From Candidatus Poribacteria bacterium (GTDB lineage: Bacteria > Poribacteria > WGA-4E > UBA9662), in NCBI GenBank assembly GCA_046582655.1, contig JAYGDX010000016.1:93565-157564 (forward strand): a stretch of DNA of 64,000 nt. The letters run 5' to 3'. Below the pieces are notes generated by a model. That model was not told the origin of the DNA. It made no database searches and was given only the letters and a program-made list of their open reading frames with translations. The position numbers were made by a program, and so were the translations under genes. Of the stretch, positions 9,703 to 20,926 are shown piece by piece (within the stretch, counting starts at the first letter, position 1; each line of letters starts with the position of its first letter).

Positions 9703-10278
9703 ATGGAAATTTACATTAGCACGGATATCGAGACAAATGGACCTATCCCATCTCATCATTCGATGCTAAGCTTTGGCTCGGCGGCGTTTTTTCTTGATAA
9801 TACGATTGTTTCAACCTTTAGCTATAATCTGGACTTGTTGCCCAATGCAAAAGAATATCCGCCAACGATGGAATGGTGGAAGACTCAGCCGGAGGCATGG
9901 GCTGCCTGTAGGGAAAATACCGTAACACCGGCGCTGGCTATCTCAGATTATTTAGCATGGCTCGAATCCCTGCGAGGAACTCCTGTTTTTGTAGCACATC
10001 CCGTTGCTTTCGACTACGCCTTCATCTCATGGTACTTATGGGAATTTACGGGTGAAGATCCATTTAAACGTAATACGCTTGATGTTGGTTCGTTTGCCGC
10101 TGCAGTATTAAATCAGCCGGTAACAAAAGCCCAGAAACCAGATATGCCTGAAGATTGGTTTGATCCAGATTTTGAGCATAACCATATCGCTTTAGATGAT
10201 GCTATAGGTCATGCCAAGCTCGTTTGCAATATGATCCAGGCTAACCTAACAGTGCATTCATCGTCTAAAATCACCTGA
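9703..10278 (+). CDS. DEDDh 3'-5' exonuclease (RNase AS/DUF5051-like)
   Basis: ExoI STDIETNG, ExoII AFDYAF and ExoIII HIALDDA motifs; RBS TAAGGAG. Confidence 0.8.
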   Translation: MEIYISTDIETNGPIPSHHSMLSFGSAAFFLDNTIVSTFSYNLDLLPNAKEYPPTMEWWKTQPEAWAACRENTVTPALAISDYLAWLESLRGTPVFVAHPVAFDYAFISWYLWEFTGEDPFKRNTLDVGSFAAAVLNQPVTKAQKPDMPEDWFDPDFEHNHIALDDAIGHAKLVCNMIQANLTVHSSSKIT

Positions 10279-10396
10279 GTTACGCAAGACGGAAACATAA
10301 ATTACTAGTAGATTAGGAAGTCATTACCCATGCAGATTAGTGGAGATTAATATCGGATACCACTAGAAGGTCTTGCCTGCGATAGGAAGCATATCT

Positions 10397-11143
10397 TTAT
10401 TCTGTAGGGGATGATATGTGGGTTAGTGGCTCCCAACCGAGAAGTTGCTTGGCTTTAGACAAGTTAATTTCTTTTTGTTCCGCGTCACCGGCAATAAATA
10501 CAGCATTGAAGCCAGTGTGTAGAACCGAAATAGCGGAAAGGTAAGCCATTGCCAGATCCTCCTCGTCCGTCCACCAGATGTGTACTGGATTAGACTTTGG
10601 TTGAGCACGTCTCTCCAGCCACTGCTGTCTCGTCGATGGCCCGGTGATTCGCAAAGCAATGATTGACATTTTATGTTCACGGCAGAAATATTGACAGACT
10701 TGCTCTCCAAACCCTTTGGACAATCCGTATACACCAGGATTATCTAGTGGGACTTTCTCCTCAGCGGGGAAGTGGTTACGTGTGCGTTCATGAACGGTGA
10801 AAGTGCTGGTGTAGACGCCGTGCTGAATACCCTCGGCCTTGGCTGCATGTAACAATATATGGAGTCCCATCACGTTGACTTCATGGTTAGCAATAATATC
10901 ATCGAAATTAGCCACGGAAGAATTGTCACTGGTGGGTCTTCTCATTACCATGTAGACAAACGTGTCCATCCCTTTCAAGGCTTGCTGAACTATATCTGGA
11001 TCAGTAACAGATCCCTCTGTATAGTCAACAGATGGATCTCTTGGTGGAGTGAGATCGAGAATGCGGAATTGGTGATTCGGCTTCATATAAGGAAGCGTCA
11101 TCGTTCCAACATGTCCTGAACCACCGACAAGTAGTACCTTCAC
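10397..11143 (-). CDS. NAD-dependent epimerase/dehydratase (uronate dehydrogenase-like extended SDR)
   Basis: GGSGHVG Rossmann motif, YGLSK catalytic motif and KAKQLLGWEP; GTG start with AGGAG RBS. Confidence 0.85.
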   Translation of the reverse strand: MKVLLVGGSGHVGTMTLPYMKPNHQFRILDLTPPRDPSVDYTEGSVTDPDIVQQALKGMDTFVYMVMRRPTSDNSSVANFDDIIANHEVNVMGLHILLHAAKAEGIQHGVYTSTFTVHERTRNHFPAEEKVPLDNPGVYGLSKGFGEQVCQYFCREHKMSIIALRITGPSTRQQWLERRAQPKSNPVHIWWTDEEDLAMAYLSAISVLHTGFNAVFIAGDAEQKEINLSKAKQLLGWEPLTHISSPTE

Positions 11144-11164
11144 TGAAGTGTTCTCCTTTTTCAG

Positions 11165-12049
11165 TTATTCTGGACCAATTACCTTGATCCTAAGCTCTTC
11201 TGCTGTTTGATGCAGAAACATACTTGCCTTCGGTAGTTCGGATTCACTGCTTCCTTCTACAATCAGTGGATACTCCGGATTAAGAGTTTCCATTCGACGG
11301 ATGTAGGTCTTGAAATCCAGCATCCCATTACCGCAAGATGCTGTCGGCAAATGGAGGGTATGGGCATTGGTGATGGTGACATCCTTGGCATGTCCGCTAA
11401 CAATGTGTTTCCTCAGGATGTCAAACATGTGATTTATGGCCTCACCAGTTCTGAAGATGGTCTTAAGCGTAATCCAGTTGGCTGGGTCAAGATCAGATTT
11501 GACCCATGGCGAATCAACTGCATCCAGTATCTCCTTGGTAACCTCCTCATTTTCAAGCACCACAAACTGATGTCCTTCTAAGCTTAGGTAAACCTGATTA
11601 TCTTCAGCCGCTTTGGAGGACTCTTTCAGGCTCTTGATCAACTGCTCGCGGCTTTCGAGGTTCCAATTGTCAGGATGAGGATTCCATGGCCCAGTTGGAT
11701 TCAGCGACCCGGGGCCAGTATCAATGCCGCGGGCACCAAGATTTCCTGCAACCCTGAGTGCTTCCTGCAGTGTTCGGACTGCTTTTTGTCGTGCAGTTTC
11801 ATTCGGGTGAATCAAAGGTTGCCAGTAACCTGTAGCCTGATAAAGTCTCAGACCGTGATCAGCCAGAAGGTCACGGACTCTATGGCATTTGGCTGGTGGT
11901 GTTTCAAATGGGTCGTTGTCTCTAAAACGAGAAAACACACCTGAGAAGCCAAGTTCCTTAACTCTCTGGGCAATCTCCGGTGTAAAATCATCCATGTTAC
12001 TGGGTAGAAATGCTCCTGACATTCCAAAACGCATGATTACCTCCATCAT
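11165..12049 (-). CDS. Sugar phosphate isomerase/epimerase (xylose isomerase-like TIM barrel)
   Basis: Motifs LSLEGH, DLDPAN, HAKD, GNGMLDF and IVE. Confidence 0.8.
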   Translation of the reverse strand: MMEVIMRFGMSGAFLPSNMDDFTPEIAQRVKELGFSGVFSRFRDNDPFETPPAKCHRVRDLLADHGLRLYQATGYWQPLIHPNETARQKAVRTLQEALRVAGNLGARGIDTGPGSLNPTGPWNPHPDNWNLESREQLIKSLKESSKAAEDNQVYLSLEGHQFVVLENEEVTKEILDAVDSPWVKSDLDPANWITLKTIFRTGEAINHMFDILRKHIVSGHAKDVTITNAHTLHLPTASCGNGMLDFKTYIRRMETLNPEYPLIVEGSSESELPKASMFLHQTAEELRIKVIGPE

Positions 12050-12182
12050 TAAAAAGGGGGATCAGACTTGAGTGTTTGAATTAAATCTCAATCTAGTGTT
12101 TTTTGAAATTTGATGCTCGCAACAACGCTGGTTATTCACAAGCTATGATCAAAATTCAATACGTCTATTATAGATTGAGATT

Positions 12183-13097
12183 TCAATTTTTGAGATGTTT
12201 GTCCAAGAATTTGAATGACGCCCAAACAGATCTCCAAAACCGATACAAGATTATGAGGTTGGTGTCCAAACTATGTTCTAGGCCTTTAACAATTCTGAGA
12301 TTGACTTCAACTCCTTTCTCCCTTAAGGCCTGGGCGAAATCCTTTGACTGAAGGATAGGTACTAGTTGATCCTCTGCACCATGGATGATGAAGAATGGCG
12401 GATCATCGGCGGAAATGTGAAATCTTGGTGATGCATCTCTCCATTGGCTGTCGGTGGATTTGCTATATGGCATCCCCATGAAATCAATTAGCCAAGCTCC
12501 CGCTTGTTTTGCAGCCGGAGAATCACCCAATTGATCAAGACAGATGGGTAACCGAAGATCGGCTGGTCCTGCTAGATCAACTACGCACTGTATCTTGCTA
12601 CTGATCTGATCTTTTGAGTTGGCAGAATCAACGACACCCAGTAGCGATACCAAATGTGCACCCGATGATATACCTAAACCACCGATCTTTGTCGCATCAA
12701 TATTGTATTCATCCGCGTGTCTACGTACCCACCGCACCGCCGCTTGTACATCCTCTAATTGAGCTGGGAAGGACCAATCTGGAGCAAAGCGGTGACTGAC
12801 AGAAACTGCTACATAACCGCGTTTAGCTAACATCATGGCAACTCGTTCCATGTTTACCTTATTACCCTGTCTCCAGCCCCCTCCATGAACCACCAGAACT
12901 GATGGTCGAGGCGTTGTAGGTTGCCGTCTGGGAAGATACAAATCGAGGGATAGCTCCACCCCTTCAACACGATGGTAGACAATGTCTGACTTGGTAATCA
13001 CGCTTCTGCCACAGCCTATCCAGAGAATTCCGATATGGACAACAAAAATTGTGCTCAGAAATCCGAGAATCATTCTTAATTCTCCATTTTCTGACAC
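12183..13097 (-). CDS. Alpha/beta hydrolase (HSL-like esterase)
   Basis: HGGGW oxyanion motif, GISSG nucleophile, HGAEDQLV and GLEH; hydrophobic N-terminus. Confidence 0.85.
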   Translation of the reverse strand: MSENGELRMILGFLSTIFVVHIGILWIGCGRSVITKSDIVYHRVEGVELSLDLYLPRRQPTTPRPSVLVVHGGGWRQGNKVNMERVAMMLAKRGYVAVSVSHRFAPDWSFPAQLEDVQAAVRWVRRHADEYNIDATKIGGLGISSGAHLVSLLGVVDSANSKDQISSKIQCVVDLAGPADLRLPICLDQLGDSPAAKQAGAWLIDFMGMPYSKSTDSQWRDASPRFHISADDPPFFIIHGAEDQLVPILQSKDFAQALREKGVEVNLRIVKGLEHSLDTNLIILYRFWRSVWASFKFLDKHLKN

Positions 13098-13203
13098 GTT
13101 CAGCCTCGTCTATACCTAGCAGTGGCAGGAAGTTTTGATATGAACTTAGATTGATGTTTCCTATTTGTCCTTATACCAGGTTTCTGATGGATCACGATTA
13201 TTG

Positions 13204-14307
13204 TTATCTGGTAAAAGCTTGATTAGCGATTTTGCGCCCTCGATTTGTCAGTCGTAGAATCTGGTCTTGAATCTGTATAGATCCTTGTTTCTCCGCATGC
13301 CAGACAACGTTTTGCGCAAAAGCCTGATCCCAACAAAGGTGATGGTTGATTCGGTCGAGGCTACACTCTTCAACTTCGTCTTCTCTGTCTTCGTGGTTTA
13401 TCAGATGGATCAATAGCATCGTCTGAGCAAATTCCCATTTTTGCCGAAGCCTTCTGTAAACGGTGGCTAAGATACCACGCTGTGGTGCCATTAGAAACGC
13501 CAAAAGAAAACAAATTCCTGTCATGCTAGCCATCGCTCCAGCCACCGATGCATCCATCTTAATAGCCACAACATAACCCATAATAGCACTGATAGTCCCA
13601 ACCAAACTACTTATTACTAACATAACTGACAGTCGATCCGTCAGTAAATAAGCAGTGGAGGGAGGAACGATCATCAAAGCGACGACCAACACGGCACCAA
13701 CCGCGTGGAACGCACCGACAGCGGTAATTGAAACCAGAGACATGAGGCCATAGTGGATAAAGGCAGGTGAAAAGCCCAAAGCTGTAGCTAAACCTACGTC
13801 AAAGGTTGAGATCTTGAGTTCTTTATAGAAGACAGCGATGCACAGCAGGTTAACCACTAGAATTAGTCCCATGGCTACCAGCCCACGAGGAAGACTTAAT
13901 CCAAATATTGTAACCCTATCAAACGGAGCCAACGCAATTTCACCCAACAAGACAACATCTTGATCTAAATGGACGTTACTGGCGTATTTCGTTACCAGGA
14001 TGACACCGATACTAAACAATGCGGGGAAGACAATGCCGATGGCTGCGTCCTCTTTCACCAACTGTGTTCGATGCAGTAGTTCCACCAAACTAACAGTGGC
14101 AACACCGGCTGCTGCAGCAAAGATAAGGAGCACCGGAGAGTCGACCTGACCGATGATAAGAAAGCCCACCACAATGCCAAGCAGCACTGAATGGCTGATG
14201 GCATCACTCATCAAGGCCATCTGACGCAAGATTAGAAACACTCCCGGCAAGGCGCAAGAGACAGAAACGACAACAGCTACCAATAGAATTTCGATCTGTG
14301 GCGACAT
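13204..14307 (-). CDS. troD: Mn/Zn/Fe ABC transporter permease (TroD/MntD-like) with C-terminal DtxR-like dimerisation extension
   Basis: Motifs DAISHSVLLG, KEDAAIG, YKELKISTFD and LTNRGRKIA. The start MSPQ (14307) lies 2 nt after the troC stop. Confidence 0.85.
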   Translation of the reverse strand: MSPQIEILLVAVVVSVSCALPGVFLILRQMALMSDAISHSVLLGIVVGFLIIGQVDSPVLLIFAAAAGVATVSLVELLHRTQLVKEDAAIGIVFPALFSIGVILVTKYASNVHLDQDVVLLGEIALAPFDRVTIFGLSLPRGLVAMGLILVVNLLCIAVFYKELKISTFDVGLATALGFSPAFIHYGLMSLVSITAVGAFHAVGAVLVVALMIVPPSTAYLLTDRLSVMLVISSLVGTISAIMGYVVAIKMDASVAGAMASMTGICFLLAFLMAPQRGILATVYRRLRQKWEFAQTMLLIHLINHEDREDEVEECSLDRINHHLCWDQAFAQNVVWHAEKQGSIQIQDQILRLTNRGRKIANQAFTR

Positions 14308-14309
14308 TT

Positions 14310-15227
14310 CTATTCTAAATCCACTTCGGTGGTTTCCAAGTCGAGTTTCACTTTCTTTAGTGGCGATTGCCATATCAGCCCGCGATTGGGTGCAAAAGCT
14401 AATGAAAAGAGGAAAATGCCGCTCGCACATATCACAATCATCGGACCAGTAGGAATTCTGACTGCAGTACTACTGATCACCGCACCGGTGACGCCAGATA
14501 TCGCTCCGAAAAAGGCGGCCAGACATACCATAACAGCCAGACGATTGGTCCACTGGCGAGCAGCGGAAGCGGGAGCAACCACCATGGCACTCATCAGCAC
14601 AACGCCAACTGCTTGAAGACCAATTACAATTGCCATGACAATCAATGTCATGAGAAGAATGTCAAGTATCTTCATTGGAAAACCTAGGCTTGCACCGAAG
14701 GCAGGATCGAAACAGAGCAGTTTAAACTCTTTCCAGAAAAGGAGCGTCAGGCTGATGACTATCACACCAATTACTCCCATCGTTTTGATGTCCCGCTCTA
14801 ACAAAGCTGCTGCTTGTCCGAATAGGAATTTATCTAGGCCTGCCTGATTGGCATTCGGCATTTTTTGAATCAGTGTTAGTAAGACAATGCCGACTCCGAA
14901 AAAGACGGCTAGAATAATTCCGAGCGCTGCGTCTTCTTTAACTCGTGTGTTGCGAACAATTGCTGTCACCACAAGGATTCCAAGCCACCCTGACAATGAG
15001 GCTCCAACTATCATAACCAAGGGAGCTTTACTGTCAGTAATTAAAAAGGCCAGACATATGCCTGGCAGGGCAGCGTGAGAGATGGCATCTCCAACTAGAC
15101 TTTGTTTCCGCAAGACCGCATAACTTCCTAAAGCGCCGCTTACAACACCTAGAATCATAGTACCGATAGCGACAGTGCGAAGTGTATAATCGGAAAATAG
15201 GTTTAGGGAAATTTGCACGGTTGGCAA
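14310..15227 (-). CDS. troC: Mn/Zn/Fe ABC transporter permease (TroC/MntC-like)
   Basis: Motifs LRKQSLVGDAISHAALPG, KFLFGQAA, WKEFKLLCFD and PTGP. Confidence 0.9.
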   Translation of the reverse strand: MPTVQISLNLFSDYTLRTVAIGTMILGVVSGALGSYAVLRKQSLVGDAISHAALPGICLAFLITDSKAPLVMIVGASLSGWLGILVVTAIVRNTRVKEDAALGIILAVFFGVGIVLLTLIQKMPNANQAGLDKFLFGQAAALLERDIKTMGVIGVIVISLTLLFWKEFKLLCFDPAFGASLGFPMKILDILLMTLIVMAIVIGLQAVGVVLMSAMVVAPASAARQWTNRLAVMVCLAAFFGAISGVTGAVISSTAVRIPTGPMIVICASGIFLFSLAFAPNRGLIWQSPLKKVKLDLETTEVDLE

Positions 15228-15233
15228 AGACTT

Positions 15234-16021
<788 letters not shown>

Positions 16022-16022
<1 letters not shown>

Positions 16023-16990
16023 TAATTATTCCCAGTTAGTCCATAAAAAATGGTATCAATGTTGTGGCGCACCATACCTATATAAGTACCTTCTTCGGTA
16101 TGTGGGTTACCCATAGCATCAGAAAACAGTTCGCCGCCTATTTTAACTTCAAACCCACGAGCTTGCACTGCTGCTTGCACTGCTTCTATACTCTGTCTTG
16201 GTACAGATGACTCGACAAAGATAGCTGGGATTTTTCGATCGGCGATAAATTGTGCAAGATTTCTAACATCAGCAGTTCCCGCCTCGGTCGCTGTGCTGAT
16301 CCCCTGAAGGGCACGGACCTCAAATCCGTAGGCATGACCAAAGTAACCAAAAGCATCATGGGCAGTAACGAGAACTCGTTTTGATGTTTCTATCTGCTTT
16401 GCTTTTTCTTTCACATAAATATCAAGGTCCTTTAGTTGGAGCATATACTTTTCAGCTTGGGTCTGAAAACGTTCCTCTGCAGACGGCATCAGCTTGGTCA
16501 GCGTATCGCGAATAGTTTCTGCCACGTTCGTCCACAAGGTAACGTCAAACCAGACATGTGGATCGTAAGCTCCTGCGAACTCTGGTGGGGCAGTTAGCTT
16601 TGATCGATCGATATTTTTTGTCACTGCCACAACTTGACTGGGCTTTTGATCTGATAAACGCTCGAGAACCCCGCTCATACCTGCCTCCAAATGCAAACCA
16701 TTGTAGAGAATAAGATCGGCTTGAGAGATGAGGTTGACGGCACCAGCACTGGCTTTATAGAGGTGCGGATCAACCCCCGTTCCCATTAAGCTAGTTACTT
16801 CAACCCTCTCACCTCCGATGTTCTTGACCAAATCGGCGATCATACCGATTGTCGCTACGACGCGAATAGGGCGGTCTTGGACATCTAGGATGGTAATCGA
16901 TTTCTGTACAGGAGGAGAGACTCTTTGTTGATCTGTACAGCTAAATAAGACAGTGATCCAAAATAGCCAAAGGCCAATAATTTTCTTCAA
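16022..16990 (-). CDS. troA: Metal ABC transporter substrate-binding lipoprotein (TroA/MntA)
   Basis: Lipobox-like LFSC; metal-ligand motifs [20 protein letters not shown] and SDAMG. Confidence 0.92.
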
Positions 16991-16991
16991 G

Positions 16992-17681
16992 TTAGTCTTC
17001 CTTCACTTTGGATACCAGAATGGAACTGGCCACTTTTTGGCCGATCACAAAATCATTTGTAGCATCATCACTTAAGCCAACACGAACAGTAATGAGTTGA
17101 TCGAAAGGCGCAATTGAAATGATCCGAATGATTGTCTGTGGATAGAGTTGTAATTTGCCGAGATAACGAAGTAAGTCAGTGTCATGATCACTGACTTCGA
17201 CGATAACCGCACTGTCACCTTCCGCTAGTTTGGGGAGGAATTCTGTATCTCTTATCTCGATATCTCCGTCTCGAGACGGTATTGGTGCACCATGTGGATC
17301 TGTTGTTGGGTAGCCAAGGATTTCGTCTATCCGATCTTCAAGATCTTCGGACAAGACATGTTCCCATTTTTCCGCTTCATCGTGCACTTGATCCCAAGGA
17401 ACGTTAAGAGCTTCTGCCAGATAAAGTTCAACTAACCGATGGTGTTGGATGACCTCAAGCGCGATTTTTTCGCCGGGCGGTGTCAATTTAACACCTTGAT
17501 ATCGCTCGTAACTTACTAGATTTGAGTCCGCCAATTTTTTGATCATGCCTGTAGCCGAAGCTGGATTAACTCCGAGGTGCTCCACCAATGCAGATGTAAC
17601 CACCGTGGGTTGGGAAAATTGCAACTTATAAATAGCTTTTAGATAGTCTTCGACAGCTTGTGAATTCATTTTGGTCTTCAA
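16992..17681 (-). CDS. mntR: DtxR/MntR-family metal-dependent repressor with FeoA domain
   Basis: Motifs EDYLKAIY, HRLVELYL, HDEAEKWEH and DPHGAPIP, plus a C-terminal FeoA-like domain. Alternative ATG at 17669. Confidence 0.9.
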   Translation of the reverse strand: MKTKMNSQAVEDYLKAIYKLQFSQPTVVTSALVEHLGVNPASATGMIKKLADSNLVSYERYQGVKLTPPGEKIALEVIQHHRLVELYLAEALNVPWDQVHDEAEKWEHVLSEDLEDRIDEILGYPTTDPHGAPIPSRDGDIEIRDTEFLPKLAEGDSAVIVEVSDHDTDLLRYLGKLQLYPQTIIRIISIAPFDQLITVRVGLSDDATNDFVIGQKVASSILVSKVKED

Positions 17682-17701
17682 AAATTAAGTTTTCAGTAAT
17701 T

Positions 17702-17739
17702 ATAAATTAAAACTTAGGCACACCTAAATTTTAATTTAT
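17702..17739. promoter_or_regulatory. DtxR/MntR-type operator (38-bp inverted repeat)
   Basis: ATAAATTAAAA-C-TTAGG-CACA-CCTAA-A-TTTTAATTTAT, with 16 of 17 arm positions paired and a TTAGG..CCTAA core. It lies directly upstream of the repressor-first operon. Confidence 0.8.
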
Positions 17740-17756
17740 GCTCGAATGTCTGTCAA
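17728..17756 (-). promoter_or_regulatory. sigma70 promoter of the mntR-troABCD operon
   Basis: Minus strand TTGACA (17756-17751)-N17-TAAAAT (17733-17728). Confidence 0.8.
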
Positions 17757-17891
17757 GTTTTTTTAACTTCAAGGTAGATTAGTATTGTATGTATGTACAA
17801 CTGGGTGTAGGTCAATAACAAAAATACGGGGAAGGCGACAGCAAGTGTTCTTAACTTTGATGTAATTCAGAAGGATATCATGAATTGGATC

Positions 17892-18908
17892 TTACTTCCA
17901 TGCTTGTAGATCCAGCAACACACCCAAGTAATCTGATTTTGCATTCAGTAACCCTTGATATCCTCGGTTGGCTTGTGAGGCAGGCAATTTATGAGTTAGA
18001 AGAGGACTTACTGTCAAGCGTTCGGCGGCGATAAACTCCAGCATGACCTCACATGGATCGGCGTCACCGTATTGCGCTGCATCTACTTGGCGGCTTGCAT
18101 GTGCACCGATAAGCGATATGCCCTTCCGATGAAGCCCAAAATAAAGTTCAATTTCAGCACTACCTCGGGGACTGCCCAATAAAATGACCTGTCCCATCTG
18201 TGAGGCAACTTGGATTGCCTGCGATGCGACCTCCGGGCTTCCTGTCGCTTCGACAACAATTTGGCAACCTTTTCCACTGGTAACTTGATCAATGCTTTCT
18301 GTAATATCTGCTTCATCAGGATTAATTTGTAAATCAATTCCGCATTGGGCGGAAATTTCAAGACGCTGAGGAATCGGATCGATTCCAATAACTTTTCTCG
18401 CTCCAGCACTTTGCATCAACTGTGCCGCCAGGTTGCCTACCAGCCCTTGCCCAAAGATCACGACAGTATGTCCTAACCTGATGTTCGACAGACGAACAGA
18501 TGATAGCGCAATCTGTGCTAAAGCAGCAAAAGGCACATGTTCAATTGGGATACCATCTGGTACAGGGTGCCACTGGCCTGGCGCGGACAAGATCGCATGC
18601 GATGCGTGACCTACACGCGTAAAGATCAAATCACCACTTTGCAACTCGTTGATCTTTTCTCCCACTTCCATAACACAGCTGACCGTTGCGTATCCAGGAT
18701 GAAATGGGAATTTGGCGTAACCAAAGTCAGGAACTGGAAACCCAACATGGGTCTCTGTGAACATTGCCAGTTCTGTCCCTGAACTAATCAATCCCCACAG
18801 GTTTTTGACCAAAACTTCTTCTGGGCCTAGGTTAGCAGACAAATTGAACTCTTCGATCTCAACCTGCAATTTCTCGAGAAAAACCAAACGTTTTGCTTTC
18901 ACCAACAT
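17892..18908 (-). CDS. MDR-family (zinc-binding alcohol dehydrogenase-like) oxidoreductase
   Basis: Motifs ISSGTE, PGY, GHASH, GQGLVG, VVEATG and LLTH. Confidence 0.85.
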   Translation of the reverse strand: MLVKAKRLVFLEKLQVEIEEFNLSANLGPEEVLVKNLWGLISSGTELAMFTETHVGFPVPDFGYAKFPFHPGYATVSCVMEVGEKINELQSGDLIFTRVGHASHAILSAPGQWHPVPDGIPIEHVPFAALAQIALSSVRLSNIRLGHTVVIFGQGLVGNLAAQLMQSAGARKVIGIDPIPQRLEISAQCGIDLQINPDEADITESIDQVTSGKGCQIVVEATGSPEVASQAIQVASQMGQVILLGSPRGSAEIELYFGLHRKGISLIGAHASRQVDAAQYGDADPCEVMLEFIAAERLTVSPLLTHKLPASQANRGYQGLLNAKSDYLGVLLDLQAWK

Positions 18909-18911
18909 TCA

Positions 18912-18953
18912 CCTTAGTTTCTATACGTTCATCCTTAGTTTCTATACGTTCAT
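18912..18953. repeat. Perfect 21-bp tandem duplication
   Basis: CCTTAGTTTCTATACGTTCAT x2, immediately upstream of the MDR gene start. Confidence 0.95.
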
Positions 18954-19323
18954 GATGTATAGTACCAACTTGCAAAATCTTCGATTATAAAGTGTAAAAT
19001 GGCCTCTTGTTTTTCGCCAGTATATCACACATTGGGACATAGATATACGTTACCCGCAAACATCATTGACAGTATTTTTGACAAGCAGTAAATTCGAAGT
19101 ATCGGATGTTCTTATTATTTCATGATTGGGCTTTAATTTGATTTGCCTTTTTACAACTGCAGGTATGGGATTTCTTGCAGAATTCGAAGGTAATTGTCTC
19201 GTTTGGATCTAGCGAATAGGCAGTGTCAAAGCAAGCCGAACAGCAGGAAGCTACATATTAAAAAGCACGGAGCTGATTATTAGCAGATCCATAACTCATA
19301 ACGATCATTGGTATCGGACCAAA

Positions 19324-20034
19324 GTGGATAACGCTTTGGCTGTTTACCTCCCATTCTATTCAGAAAAAGGAAAGATTTCAGAAGACGCCACTCAAAATAA
19401 AAATGATGAGAAGTTTGTAGGTAACATCAAGTTAGTCGCCGGAAAGTTCGGGAGCGGAATCGAACTGGATGGTCAAAGTTATGTGGGCATTCCATGGTCA
19501 GATTCTATAGATGTTGTCGATGAAAGTTTTTCGACGGAGATTTGGTTCAAATATACAGAGAAGGCATCTGCTGGGAGTCTAATCTGGGGTTATGCTGTCG
19601 GTGGTGGAAAACCACAATTTTGGATTCGATCTGAACCAGGCAGCAACAGGATACGAGGATTGATACATGACGGGAAATCCATCATTATTATGACCAAAAC
19701 TCCGTACAATGACGGGAAGTGGCATCACCTAGCGTTGGTCAGAAACTCTAACGGACAAGATACTCTTACCGTTTATATTGATGGTGCTGTCAAAGATTCC
19801 CAAAAAGGTAAAATCGCCTTGGTCACCAAGGGACAGGTTTTTGGCATTCACCTGGGGCAGCGAGTTGATGGACGAAATAGATACAATGGTGCCTTTGACG
19901 AGTTCCGACTTTGGAGAAGGGCTTTGGATCAGGATAATATTAAGATACTCATGACCCAAGGACAAGCTCTGATTTTGGCAATCCACCCCACTGGTTACCT
20001 GACAACAACCTGGGGAACCATAAAAAATCAATAA
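19324..20034 (+). CDS. LamG/concanavalin-like domain protein with C-terminal TTTWGxIK motif (possibly N-terminally truncated)
   Basis: Motifs GKFGSGIELDG, DGKWHHLALV, VYIDG, GAFDEFRLWRRAL and LTTTWGTIK. No signal peptide is visible. Confidence 0.8.
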   Translation: MDNALAVYLPFYSEKGKISEDATQNKNDEKFVGNIKLVAGKFGSGIELDGQSYVGIPWSDSIDVVDESFSTEIWFKYTEKASAGSLIWGYAVGGGKPQFWIRSEPGSNRIRGLIHDGKSIIIMTKTPYNDGKWHHLALVRNSNGQDTLTVYIDGAVKDSQKGKIALVTKGQVFGIHLGQRVDGRNRYNGAFDEFRLWRRALDQDNIKILMTQGQALILAIHPTGYLTTTWGTIKNQ

Positions 20035-20926
20035 GGTTTCTCAGTTGTTGCAAATATTTCCCTCTCATTTTTCCCACAAAAGAACGGAAGAATACCATTC
20101 TTGAAGTACGTTTGTGAGTGTCCGTTCAGTCACCCTCTGTGACGCATCACTGTAAATATTCTGATCCTCTGGTAATGCCAGCTAGCTGAGCCAATCTATG
20201 GTCACTTATGATCTGGTGATGCCAATGAGGGCTTGCTCAATGTCACAGTGGAGCGTTGTCACTCAGTTTGGTGCCTCAACAGGAATGATCAATTTTACTT
20301 TTCGGGATCTGTAAGAGAAATGACCATCTGCACTTTATAGATACCAATTCGGTTCGCCAACGCAAACAGCTCTTCGATGGCCGGATTTTCCATGGCCAAG
20401 CACTTGATAGAAACCGCTTTCCGCGGATAAATATGTTTGACCTGGGAGAAGTTCGCCCCTCACATTTGGTCTGATACAGATCAAATTTGTTTGGGTAATT
20501 CGGTTTCACGGCCAGTAAGTGAGTTTTATAGCATTTGGTTATTCACGCGTAGTTCGTGGATCAGCTATGCAAATTATACTCCCAACCCGTGTGTCTTCAA
20601 TACATAGGCAACAGATCCCCATTTCTGTTTCACAATCAAATAGAATATGATATATACAAACATTTAACCACATAACCGATCAGACTTTAGATGCTTTCTA
20701 ACATCTTCCGTCACACTAAGCAAATAAAGGAACATGATGTTGTTGTCCAGCAATGGGGTCTTATTGATCTACCTCATGATATGTCCTCAGCAGATTCTCC
20801 GGTGAGTCACCTATCCTCTACAAAACAGTACTCGATCTGCTAACAACGTTCAATCCAGGTATGATTAAAGATGTTTGATCCTCCTTAAATTTCACGCCTT
20901 GGGCATATCTTATATGGAGAGCCGAA

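Noticed and set aside
20040..20900. IS or small RNA in the ORF-poor gap
   Set aside because: I recognised no terminal repeats, transposase motifs or known RNA structure. It is probably decayed coding DNA that I cannot identify.
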